Source: Candidatus Sericytochromatia bacterium (GTDB lineage Bacteria > Cyanobacteriota > Sericytochromatia > S15B-MN24 > UBA4093). From it: a stretch of 34,135 bases of DNA. This document shows, in pieces, positions 10,525 through 19,295 of this stretch (its first letter is position 1; the number at the start of each line of letters is the position of its first letter). Position numbers and translations under genes: made by a program. The notes beneath the pieces were generated by a model. It saw nothing but the letters and a program-made list of their open reading frames with translations, was not told the origin of the DNA and did not search any database. Location: positions 1 through 34,135 of the forward strand of contig JAKFBU010000018.1 of NCBI GenBank assembly GCA_036676985.1, given 5' to 3'.

Positions 10525-11415
10525 TTACGCCTGCAGGGCCGGAGTCTTCAGGGCTTGGGCGACGGCCTCCGCGAGCGACGCCGTGGAGCGGCCGGTCAGG
10601 GCGCTGATTTGGCGGCCGGCGTCATAGAGCGCCCCCTGGGAGGCGCCGACGTCCGAGTTGGCCAGCATGGCCGCGAGCGCCTCGGGCAGCCCGGCGCCCA
10701 GCAGCACGCCCTTGTAGGCGTCCTCGGGCAGGTCGTTGTAGGCGATCGCCTCGCCGGCCTGGCGGCCGATCTCGGCGGCCAGCTCCGCCAGGGAGTACGA
10801 CTCGTCGCCCGCCAGCTCGTACACGCGGCCGGCCTGATCGGCCTCCGACCGCAGCACGGCGGCCGCGGCCTCGGCGTAGTCCACGCGGTTGGCCAGGGAG
10901 ATGCGTCCCTCGCCGGCGCTGCCGACCATGGCCTTGAACTGCAGCACGGTGGGCACGCTCATGGTGTAGTTCTCGACGTACCAGCCGTTGCGCAGGAGCA
11001 CGAAGGGCACGCCCGACGCCTGCAGGGCGGCTTCGGTCTGGCGATGCTCTGCGGCGAGGCTCAGGGGCGAGCTGTCGGCGTGCAGGATGCTGGTGTAGGC
11101 GATGAGCTTCACGCCGGCGCGCTTTGCCGCGTCGATGACGGCCCGGTGTTGCTCCAGGCGCCCGCCGATCTCGCTCGACGAGATGAGCAGCAGGCGGTCG
11201 ACGCCCGTGAAGGCGTTGGCGAGGGTCTCGGGGCGGTTGTAGTCCGCGAGGCGGACCTCGACACCCTTGGCGGCCAGGTCCTGAGCCTTTTCGGGGCTGC
11301 GGACGGCCGCGACGAGCTGAGAAGCGGGCAGCGACCGCAGGAGGGCGTCGATCACGAGCCGGCCGAGCTGGCCGGTGGCACCGGTGATGGCGATGGTGGA
11401 GGCAGTGGAAGTCAT
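10525..11415 (-). CDS. qorB: NAD(P)H:quinone oxidoreductase, NmrA-like atypical SDR
   Basis: IAITGATGQLG, LLLISSSE, LRNGWYVENY and YELAGDE match QorB/YtfG. ATG at 11415 follows AAGGA. Confidence 0.88.
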   Translation of the reverse strand: MTSTASTIAITGATGQLGRLVIDALLRSLPASQLVAAVRSPEKAQDLAAKGVEVRLADYNRPETLANAFTGVDRLLLISSSEIGGRLEQHRAVIDAAKRAGVKLIAYTSILHADSSPLSLAAEHRQTEAALQASGVPFVLLRNGWYVENYTMSVPTVLQFKAMVGSAGEGRISLANRVDYAEAAAAVLRSEADQAGRVYELAGDESYSLAELAAEIGRQAGEAIAYNDLPEDAYKGVLLGAGLPEALAAMLANSDVGASQGALYDAGRQISALTGRSTASLAEAVAQALKTPALQA

Positions 11416-11463
11416 TCGGGGGTCCTTTCGTGAGGTCCGGGCCGGGGCCCGGGTGTGAAACCG

Positions 11464-11482
11464 TGTAACTGACACACTTACA
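11464..11482. promoter_or_regulatory. Rrf2 operator upstream of qorB
   Basis: TGTAAC-N7-CTTACA, i.e. TGTAA-N9-TTACA. Confidence 0.75.
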
Positions 11483-11506
11483 ATTAGGCGAAAAAAAGAG
11501 GCATGC

Positions 11507-11938
11507 CTAGGCCGGGGCGTCGCATGCGACCACCTCGTCGAGCACACCGGCGATGGTCTGAACGGCGAGCTCTTTCTCGAGGGCCCGCTGGGCGCGGGTC
11601 AAGGTGCCCAGGAGCGCCGTCTGGATGTTTCGACCGATGGGACAGGCGGGGTTCGGCTGCTCATGGTGCAGCGCGAAGAGCTCGCCTTCGTCGACGGCCC
11701 GGTAGACGTCCAGCAGCGTGATCTCGGCGGCGGGCCGCGCGAGCAGAGCGCCGCCTCCGACCCCCAGCTGGGACGTCGTGAGGCCCGCCTTGGAAAGCAG
11801 ACCCAAGAGCTTGCGGACGACGGCGGGGTTCGTGTTGGCGCTGCCGGCGATCCACTCGGAGGTCACGGGCTTGCCGCCGCTCTGGGCGAGCAGCGTCAGG
11901 ATGTGGACGCTCACGATGAACCGGCTGCTGATGGCCAT
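11507..11938 (-). CDS. Rrf2-family repressor, YwnA/SifR type
   Basis: SSRFIVSVHIL, TNPAVVRKL, ITLLDVYRAV and the HHEQPNPACPIGRNIQ Cys motif. It lacks the 3-Cys Fe-S motif of IscR/NsrR. Confidence 0.93.
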   Translation of the reverse strand: MAISSRFIVSVHILTLLAQSGGKPVTSEWIAGSANTNPAVVRKLLGLLSKAGLTTSQLGVGGGALLARPAAEITLLDVYRAVDEGELFALHHEQPNPACPIGRNIQTALLGTLTRAQRALEKELAVQTIAGVLDEVVACDAPA

Positions 11939-11951
11939 GGGCCCTCCTCTG

Positions 11952-11990
11952 ATGTGTAACCATTATGGATACACATTCCGGTTCTGTCAA
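11952..11990 (-). promoter_or_regulatory. Sigma70 promoter overlapped by an Rrf2 autorepression palindrome
   Basis: TTGACA (11985-11990)-N17-CATAAT (11962-11967). Palindrome ATGTGTAACCAT-T-ATGGATACACAT at 11952-11976 matches 11 of 12 positions. Confidence 0.8.
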
Positions 11991-14287
11991 GCCGTTTTCA
12001 CCGATTCGTTCGCCCCTTTCGGCAACGTGAACCAGAAGGTGCTGCCGCCATCGGACCCCGCGCTGCGCACGCCGATTCTGCCCCCGTGCGCCTCCACCAG
12101 GCCCTTGCTGATGGTCAGGCCCAGGCCCGTGCCCCCCACCCGGCGGGTGGAGCTCATGTCCAGCTGGACGAAGGGCTTGAACAGCTTGGCCTGATCGGTC
12201 GGCGAGATGCCGGGGCCCGTGTCCGTGACCTCGGTGACGACCTCGCCGTCCCGCTCGAAGGCGGCCACCTTGACGGCCCCGCCGGTGGGCGTGAACTTGA
12301 TGGCGTTCTCCACCAGGTTGGTCAGGACCTGGGTGACCCGCTCCGGGTCTAACGAGGCGACGAGGGGTTGCGGCAGGTCGCATGTCAGGGCGATCTCCTT
12401 GTGATCAGCAAGCGGCCGCAGGATGGACACGGCGTCCTCGAGCACGGAGTCGTACGGCGCGACCTGCTTGTTGATCGACAGCTTTCCCGCCTGCAGTCGG
12501 CTCATGTCCAGCAGGTTGTTGACCAGCGCGAGCATGCGATCGGACCCATTCTGGATCTTGGCCAGGTATTCGTGCTGCTGCGGGTTGAGGGGGCCCGCGA
12601 GCTCGTCGTCGAGGATGCTCGTGAAGCCCGTGATGAAGTTGAGCGGGGTCCGCAGCTCGTGGCTGATGACGGACAGGAACTCGTCCTTGTAACGGTCTGC
12701 TTCCTCGAGGGCCGCGATCTTCTCCTGCTGGAGCTTTTCCCGCTCGACGCGCTCGGAGACCTCCTGGGCCAGGATCAGCACCCCATCGTTCTCGCCGCCG
12801 TCCAGGACCGGATAGTAGACGATGTCCCAGTACGTGTGGCGCTCCTGGCCGTCGAGAGCGTAGACGAAGGGGAAGCTCGAGGCACGATACGGCCTGCCGG
12901 TCTCGAGGGTGCCGCAGAGCAGCCCCGCGACTTGCCGCTCCGCGTCGGGCCCGAAGATCTCGGCGATCGCATGGCCGACGATCCGGTGGGGCGGAATGCC
13001 GGTGAGCCGGGAGTATTCGGGATTCGCCCAGCGAAAGACCAGGTCGCGGTCCAGGTAGGCGATGGCGGCGGGCGTGTTCTGGATGATGCGATCGGCGAAC
13101 GCCCGCTCGTGTGCCACCTCTTGCGCCCGTTCCGCCAGCGCGGCCTCCGCCTGCTTGCGCTCGGTGATGTCCCGGAAGGCGACGACCACCCCTGTCACGT
13201 CGCCCCGCTCGCGGATGGGCGTCGCGAGGTATTCCACCGGAAAGTGCGTGCCGTCCTTGCGCCGGAAGACCTCCTCCACCGAGTGGGAGGGCCGTCCGGT
13301 CCGCATGACCGCCTGGATGGAGCAGTCCTCCGCCGGGAGGGACCCGCCGTTCGCCGTCTGGCGATGAATCAGGTCGTGCCACGACTTGCCCAGCAGCTCT
13401 TCGGCCGTGTAGCCCGTCATCTCCGTGCCGGCGGGGTTCACGAAGGTGATCCGGCCCGCGGCGTCCTGGCCGACGATGCCCTCGCCGATGGACTGGAGGA
13501 TCAGGTTGTTCACGTTCCGCTGGGCGGAAAGCAGGTCCTCCATGTGCCGCTTGTACGAGCTCAGGAGGGCGATCACCAGGATGAAGAGGGTGCCGGCGCC
13601 GATGGCCGCCGCGCCGAGGTTGTCGATCCGCAGGGCCGGGCCCCGCGGTGTGGCGGCGACCTCGAGGGGCACGTATCGCGCGGCGGCCATCCCGGTGTAG
13701 TGCATGCCGGCGATGGCGATCCCGATGAGGACGGCGGCTCCGATCTTGAGGACGCCGACGTGCGCGGGGGCCGTGCCGCGCAGCCGGAAGGTCAGCCAAA
13801 GCGCGCTGATGCAGCCGGTGACGGCGATGACGATGGAGGCCGCCACGAGCCACGGGTCGTAGCGAAGGGCATAGGGCATCCGCATGGCCGCCATGCCGCA
13901 GTAGTGCATGGCGGCGATGCCGAAGCCCATGAGCAGGCCTCCCGCCAGCAGGCAGCGCAGGCCGAGCGCCATGCGGCTCGCGACGTACAGCCCCCACCAG
14001 GACGCGGCGATGGCCACCAGCATGGAGGCGACGGTCAGGACCACGTCGTAGGCGGCGGGGCCATGCTCCTTGTAGGCCAGCATGCCGGTGAAGTGCATCG
14101 ACCAGATGCCGATCCCCATGGCCGCCGCGCCGCCCATGAGCCAGTGCCTCCGGGCACGGTCGCGGGCTTGGGTGACGCGGCTCGCCATGTCGAGGGCGGT
14201 GTAGCCGGCGCCGATGGCGATCAGGATGGAGAGGACGACGAGGATCGGATCAAAGCTGCTCATCGCCCCATGGGACGCATGGTGCAT
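11987..14287 (-). CDS. MHYT-PAS-PAS histidine kinase
   Basis: MHFTGM, MHYCGM and MHYTGM motifs in the TM region; two PAS domains; SHELRTPL; NAIKFT; GGTGLGL. The start is either 14287 or 14263. Confidence 0.92.
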   Translation of the reverse strand: MHHASHGAMSSFDPILVVLSILIAIGAGYTALDMASRVTQARDRARRHWLMGGAAAMGIGIWSMHFTGMLAYKEHGPAAYDVVLTVASMLVAIAASWWGLYVASRMALGLRCLLAGGLLMGFGIAAMHYCGMAAMRMPYALRYDPWLVAASIVIAVTGCISALWLTFRLRGTAPAHVGVLKIGAAVLIGIAIAGMHYTGMAAARYVPLEVAATPRGPALRIDNLGAAAIGAGTLFILVIALLSSYKRHMEDLLSAQRNVNNLILQSIGEGIVGQDAAGRITFVNPAGTEMTGYTAEELLGKSWHDLIHRQTANGGSLPAEDCSIQAVMRTGRPSHSVEEVFRRKDGTHFPVEYLATPIRERGDVTGVVVAFRDITERKQAEAALAERAQEVAHERAFADRIIQNTPAAIAYLDRDLVFRWANPEYSRLTGIPPHRIVGHAIAEIFGPDAERQVAGLLCGTLETGRPYRASSFPFVYALDGQERHTYWDIVYYPVLDGGENDGVLILAQEVSERVEREKLQQEKIAALEEADRYKDEFLSVISHELRTPLNFITGFTSILDDELAGPLNPQQHEYLAKIQNGSDRMLALVNNLLDMSRLQAGKLSINKQVAPYDSVLEDAVSILRPLADHKEIALTCDLPQPLVASLDPERVTQVLTNLVENAIKFTPTGGAVKVAAFERDGEVVTEVTDTGPGISPTDQAKLFKPFVQLDMSSTRRVGGTGLGLTISKGLVEAHGGRIGVRSAGSDGGSTFWFTLPKGANESVKTA

Positions 14288-14465
14288 CAATCGGGATTGC
14301 CTCCAGCTAGCTCTGATCCCCATTATGCCATGATCTTCACGATAGGCTCACGCTGGGGCCCGGCTCGCGGGATCCGATTCCCACGGAGCGACGCGTCGCG
14401 GGCGGACTTGAACGCCCTGCGACCTGGTGGCGGTCCCAGCCGCCTCTGGCTGTTCGGTGCGGTGG

Positions 14466-14816
14466 TTACCGGCGAAAGTAGCCGTATCGCTGCAGGCACT
14501 CGAGGTACTGGGTCGAGCAGTTTCGGCGCCTGACCGCGGGGCCATACGGACCGAAAGGCCCCGAGTACTGAGCCACCGACAGGCAGCTTCGCAGCGTGCG
14601 CATGCAGCGGCGCCTGGCCTCGTCCGGGCGCACCGTGGGGTAAGGGGTGTAGGGGTCGGCGATGGCGTTCTGGGCGACGCCCCGGTCGATGATCCGGGCT
14701 TCATCGCGCTCGGGGGTCGCGAGAAAGGAGTCGGGGTTGCCGACGCTTCCGGGCACCGTGCAGGCCGGCAAGGCGAGGTATAGGCTCAGGCCCAGGAGAT
14801 TCCACTGCTTGAGCAT
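14466..14816 (-). CDS. Small lipoprotein with twin CX6C motif (paralogue 1)
   Basis: GGAGG RBS; signal peptide ending LALPAC; CMRTLRSC...CSTQYLEC; homologous to both neighbours. Confidence 0.8.
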   Translation of the reverse strand: MLKQWNLLGLSLYLALPACTVPGSVGNPDSFLATPERDEARIIDRGVAQNAIADPYTPYPTVRPDEARRRCMRTLRSCLSVAQYSGPFGPYGPAVRRRNCSTQYLECLQRYGYFRR

Positions 14817-14834
14817 GTCACACCTCCGTTGGCC

Positions 14835-15221
14835 CTAGCGGATCGGGGACGGCGTCGACTCGATGCCCCACAGCCGCAAGCAGTTCTCATACCGAGCGGA
14901 GCATAGCGCGCGTCCGTTCGGGGATCCGCCGATGAGCTGGCCGGGCTGCCCCGGGTTGGCCTGCTGATCGGCCGTGATGCAGGATGAGTATTGTTGGCGA
15001 CACAGTCGGAGCGCCGAGAAGCGTCGGGCCGCTCAGGTCGTCCCCCCGGGCCGGTAGGGACCGACGTAGCCGGTCTGACTCGTGGTCCGATCGGCCTGCT
15101 GGGCCCGGTTGTCCGAGGTGTCGGGCAGAGCCGGGTTGGGATGGCTGCCCGTCCCGAGATCCGAGCATGCCGCCAGGGCGATGCATGCGCCCATGACCAG
15201 GAGATTCAAGCGCTTGAGCAC
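14835..15221 (-). pseudogene. Twin-CX6C lipoprotein paralogue 2, interrupted by an in-frame TGA at 15033-15035
   Basis: Lipobox LAAC. After the TGA the same frame reads AARRFSALRLCRQQYSSC...CSARYENCLRLWGIESTPSPIR to a TAG at 14835. Confidence 0.8.
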
Positions 15222-15256
15222 GATCTACCTCCTCCCCGTCCGATGACGTGACGTGA

Positions 15257-15285
15257 ATCCTAGTCGGCTTCTCGCCCCATGTCAT
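15257..15285 (-). promoter_or_regulatory. Putative promoter of paralogue 2
   Basis: ATGACA-N17-TAGGAT, also present upstream of paralogue 3. Confidence 0.65.
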
Positions 15286-15359
15286 GGGCGGCTAGGAATA
15301 AAAGCCCCATATTCGTTGGCCGGATCGCCCCTTGCTCAACGAGGCTAGGGTCCTCGTCG

Positions 15360-15704
15360 CTAGAGGCCGAGCCTCTGCAGGCACTCCTGGTATCTGGCCG
15401 CACAGCCCCCGCGACGGGGGCCTCCGCCGGACAGGCCGGGCAGGTCCGGCGTCGACTGCTGGGCCACCGAACGGCAGCTCAAGTAGAGACGCAGGCACAG
15501 GCGCCGCGCCGAATATCCCCTGCGGCCCCACGAATCGGAGTAGGGCGCGTAGGGGCCTGGGTCCGAGACCTGGCTCACGGAGCGATCGGCCTGCATCGCT
15601 TGGGAGCCCGGGGTAACGGGTTGAGCAAGGTTGGGGCTGCCGCCGGGAACCGAGCATGCCGTCAAGGCGACGCAGACGCCCAGGAAAGTCCACCGCTCGA
15701 GCAC
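15360..15704 (-). CDS. Small lipoprotein with twin CX6C motif (paralogue 3)
   Basis: AGGAGG RBS; lipobox LTAC; CLRLYLSC...CAARYQEC. Confidence 0.8.
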   Translation of the reverse strand: MLERWTFLGVCVALTACSVPGGSPNLAQPVTPGSQAMQADRSVSQVSDPGPYAPYSDSWGRRGYSARRLCLRLYLSCRSVAQQSTPDLPGLSGGGPRRGGCAARYQECLQRLGL

Positions 15705-15739
15705 GATCCACCTCCTCTCCGGCGATCCGTTCGGCGTGG

Positions 15740-15768
15740 ATCCTAGAGGACGTGTCGTCGCGAGTCAT
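15740..15768 (-). promoter_or_regulatory. Putative promoter of paralogue 3
   Basis: ATGACT-N17-TAGGAT. Confidence 0.65.
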
Positions 15769-15952
15769 GGGCAGGTATGAAGGACTGCCCCGAAAAGTTC
15801 TCCCGATCGGCGGTTGCACCCTTAGGCCTTGCTCTGCCGTCATGCTCGATCCGACGTGGCCTTGCCGCTGGATCCGGAGGACGTCGCGCTTGAGTCTGGG
15901 CGTCGTCTGCCTTACCGGAGTGCCGGACGTACGGAACGGAAGGAGCTGCGAC

Positions 15953-16836
15953 ATGACGTGGCCGGATCGCCGCATGCTGGGATTGCTCGGCATCGACGCG
16001 CCCATCCTGCTGGCCCCCATGGCGGGGGCCGCCTCCATCGAGATGGCGATCGCCGTCTCGGAGGCAGGAGGCCTGGGGGCCCTCGCGTGCGCCATGCTGA
16101 CCTCCGAGCAGGTCCGGCGGCACGTGGAGGTCTTCCGTCAGCGCACGTCCGGGCCCCTCAACCTCAACTTCTTCTGCCATTCGCCGGCCGACCCGGATCC
16201 GGAGCGAGAGCGGGCCTGGAAGCAACGCCTGGAACCCTATTACCGGGAGCTGGGGCTGGATCTTGACGCTCCGACGCCGAAGGCCGAGCGATCGCCGTTC
16301 GATCCGACCATGGCCGCGCTCGTCGAGGAATGCCGGCCGGAGGTCGTCAGCTTCCATTTCGGCCTGCCGTCGAGCGACCTGTTGGCCCGCGTGAAGGCAA
16401 CTGGCGCCACGGTTCTCTCGACCGCCACGACCGTGGCGGAGGCCCGTTGGCTCGAGCGCCATGGCTGCGATGCCATCCTTGCTCAGGGCGCCGAGGCAGG
16501 AGGGCACCGCGGCATGTTTCTCGCCCAGGATCCCGCGATGCAGTCCGGTACCATGGCCCTCGTCCCGCAGGTCGTCGATGCGGTGAAGGTTCCGGTGATC
16601 GCCACGGGGGGCCTCTGCGACGGGCGCGGCATCGCCGCGGCGCTGGCCCTGGGCGCCGCCGCGGTGCAGCTTGGCACCGCCTACCTGCGCACTCCAGAGG
16701 CGACCATCACGGCCCTCCACCGTGAGGCGCTGAGGACGGCCGGGGAGGATCAGACGGCCCTCACCAACGTGTTCACGGGCTGCCGGCCGGTGAGCTGACT
16801 AGACGGCTGGCCGCCGAGGCTCTGGCGCTGCTCTGA
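15953..16836 (+). pseudogene. Nitronate monooxygenase family flavoprotein with an internal deletion and frameshift
   Basis: PILLAPMAG, VVSFHFGLP and QGAEAGGHRG are present. Family similarity stops at TNVFTG (about 16780), and the family-type C-terminus LPAGELTRRLAAEALALL* follows immediately in another frame (16780-16836). Confidence 0.78.
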
Positions 16837-17141
16837 CCGCCATGCCGCGAACGGGACCGGGGCCCGTGTTATCGGCAAGGTGCGCCAAAACGCGATTTCT
16901 TGGCCAGGTTTGCGACGCCTCTCAAGCCTGGCAGGCGGCTGAGCGCTGAGAGACAGCCTTTAGCCGCCGTTGCTGCTCGAGGGCAGGCCCGTGCAGGCCT
17001 GAGCCGACGCCGAGCGTATGGCGGTTGTGTCCCCGACTCGGCTCGCGCATGATCCTGCGGATGGAGCCGGCGAAGCAGCGAGCCATCGCGCTTTCAGCCG
17101 ACCCCAGTCCCTTCTTCGACTTGCGACAAGGAGGCAGATTC

Positions 17142-17810
17142 GTGCTGAAGAACTCCACCAGAACGGCGGCCTGGGCCGGAATCCTGGCGCTGGCCTCGCT
17201 TTCAGGGTGCGCGACGCCAGGACCATCGCGCGCTCCGGACGGCTCCGCCGCGCCGCGCCATGTGCTCGGCGGGCAGGCCACTGCGCCCACCCAGCAGATG
17301 CAGGAAACGCGGGTCCTGGCCAACGACGTCGATCAGCGCTTCACGACCGGTGCCGCCCAGACCAACCTGGCCGAGGTCGCCATCGGCCAGCTCGCCCTCC
17401 AGAAATCCCAAAACGAGGGCGTCCGCGCGCTCGCTCAGCGGACGATGGGGGATCACTCCACCGTCCAGAGCCAGCTCACGACCATCGCCCAGGCGGCAGG
17501 CCTGTCGCTCCCTCAGGAGCCGAGCCCGGCACAGCGTGCGCTCGCCCAGCGCCTGAGCGGTCTGTCCGGCGCTGAGTTCGATCGCGCCTATGCGACGGCC
17601 CAGGTCCAGGGCCACGTGCAGAGCGAAGCCAGCTATGAGCGTGAGATTGCCCAGGGCCAGAATGAAGGGCTGCGTAACCTGGCCCGCGAGACCCTCCCCA
17701 CGATCCGGATCCACCTGCGGATGGCCCGAGAGCTCGCCGCGGAGCTGCGGGGAGGCCCCGGGTCCGACGATGCGACCGGCGACGTCGCGGTCCCGCCGAC
17801 TCAGCCCTAA
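17142..17810 (+). CDS. DUF4142 domain lipoprotein
   Basis: GTG after AAGGAGG; lipobox LSGC; 'NLAEVAIGQLALQKS', 'LSGAEFDRAY', 'QVQGH' and 'LPTIRIHLRMA'. Confidence 0.88.
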   Translation: MLKNSTRTAAWAGILALASLSGCATPGPSRAPDGSAAPRHVLGGQATAPTQQMQETRVLANDVDQRFTTGAAQTNLAEVAIGQLALQKSQNEGVRALAQRTMGDHSTVQSQLTTIAQAAGLSLPQEPSPAQRALAQRLSGLSGAEFDRAYATAQVQGHVQSEASYEREIAQGQNEGLRNLARETLPTIRIHLRMARELAAELRGGPGSDDATGDVAVPPTQP

Positions 17811-17827
17811 CCGCCGCAACGAGAGGA

Positions 17828-17855
17828 GCCTGGCGCGGCCCGGGCCGCGCCAGGC
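17828..17855. terminator. Perfect 28-bp palindrome between convergent genes
   Basis: GCCTGGCGCGGCCC|GGGCCGCGCCAGGC. No U-tract. Confidence 0.6.
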
Positions 17856-17856
17856 C

Positions 17857-19137
17857 TCAGGCCTCGGGATGCCGGACCGGCAGTTCGAACCAGAAGGTGC
17901 TGCCGGATCCCGGCACGCTCTCGACCCCGATGGATCCGCCGTGCGCCTCTACCAGGGCCTTGCTGATCGAGAGACCCAGCCCGGCCCCCTTGCCCATGCG
18001 CACCCCGGCCTCCAGCTGGGAGAAGCGCTGGAACAACCTGGGCCGCTCGTCGAGGGGGATACCGGGTCCGGCATCCGCGATTTCGCAGCGGATCGTCTCG
18101 GCGCGACGCATGGCGACCACCTCGATCCGCCCACCTTGGGGCGAGAACTTGATGGCGTTGGAGAGGAGGTTCGTGAGCACCTGTCCGATGCGCTGCGCAT
18201 CCAGTTCGAGCTGCAGCGGGCTGTCTTGGAAGCTGGCCTTCAGCGAGACCTGCGTCTCGTCGGCCTGAGGCCGGAGGCTTTCGATGACCTCGTGCACCAG
18301 GTCGCCCAGATCCCCGGGTGCCACCTTGAGCGTGAAGGTGCCGGCCTCGATGCGGGCGAAGTCGAGCAGGTCGTTCAGGAGAAATTCCAGCCGCTTGGCG
18401 CCGCGCTGGATCTGGCGAATGAACTCGCGTTGCTCGGGGGTGACGGGCCCGCCGACCTCGTCTTCGAGGAACTCGGAGTAGCCCACGATCGAGGTCAACG
18501 GGGTCCGGAGCTCATGCGTGACCGAATTGACGAAGTTGTTCTTGAGCTGATCCAGCTTCCTGAGCTGGTCGTACTGGTCACGAAGCTGTGCTTCCAGCAG
18601 GGAGCGTTCGGTGACGTCTTGGCTGGTGCCGACCAGCTTCACCACTCGCCCCTCGGAGCCGATGACCGGCCGGCCGATCGTATGCATGTGAAGGACCCGA
18701 CCGTCGGGGTGGATGACCCGGTACTCCATGGCAAAGGGCTCCCCGTGCGCGATGGCTCGGGACACCAGGGCCTCGTGTTGCGGCAGATCGTGGGGATCGA
18801 TGCGGGCGATCACCCGCGCCCGGTCGATGGTGGGCATGGGGTCGAACCCGAAGTTCCGGAACTGCTGTTCCGACCACCTGAGCTGGAGCGTGGCGACGTC
18901 GAGTTCGAAGCTGCCTATCCGGGCCAAGCGCTGGGACTCCGCCAGCATCTCCTCGCTCTTGCGCAGGGCCTGTGTCCGCTGGACCACCTCGGACTCGATG
19001 CGCGTCGTCAGCTCGCCCAGGGCCTCGGTCAGACGCCTTTCTTCCCGTTTCGCACGCTGGGTCAGGACGGCGACCTGCTCACGCAGCCGCTCGTTTTCAG
19101 CTTGGAGTTCGGCAAGGGTCGGTTCGCTGCGGTGCAC
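17857..19137 (-). CDS. Soluble PAS histidine kinase
   Basis: N-terminal coiled coil, PAS_3-like domain, THELRTPLTSI, NAIKFS and GAGLGL. No TM helix. Confidence 0.92.
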   Translation of the reverse strand: MHRSEPTLAELQAENERLREQVAVLTQRAKREERRLTEALGELTTRIESEVVQRTQALRKSEEMLAESQRLARIGSFELDVATLQLRWSEQQFRNFGFDPMPTIDRARVIARIDPHDLPQHEALVSRAIAHGEPFAMEYRVIHPDGRVLHMHTIGRPVIGSEGRVVKLVGTSQDVTERSLLEAQLRDQYDQLRKLDQLKNNFVNSVTHELRTPLTSIVGYSEFLEDEVGGPVTPEQREFIRQIQRGAKRLEFLLNDLLDFARIEAGTFTLKVAPGDLGDLVHEVIESLRPQADETQVSLKASFQDSPLQLELDAQRIGQVLTNLLSNAIKFSPQGGRIEVVAMRRAETIRCEIADAGPGIPLDERPRLFQRFSQLEAGVRMGKGAGLGLSISKALVEAHGGSIGVESVPGSGSTFWFELPVRHPEA

Positions 19138-19295
19138 GGGCGGTCCCCGATCGTCTTGGGTTAGAAGTTTTCAACTATCGCAAAAAGGGACGCCATCAGG
19201 CAATAGTTTCCGTGGCTTGCGGCCCTCCCCCCATGCAGATCGTCGTCGGGTCAGGCCTCCTGTCCTGCGCCGGCTCGCGGGGGACCGCGCCCGGG

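Noticed and set aside
15033-15035. Selenocysteine or alternative genetic code
   Set aside because: The TGA aligns to Trp, not Cys, and TGA terminates many intact genes in the window.
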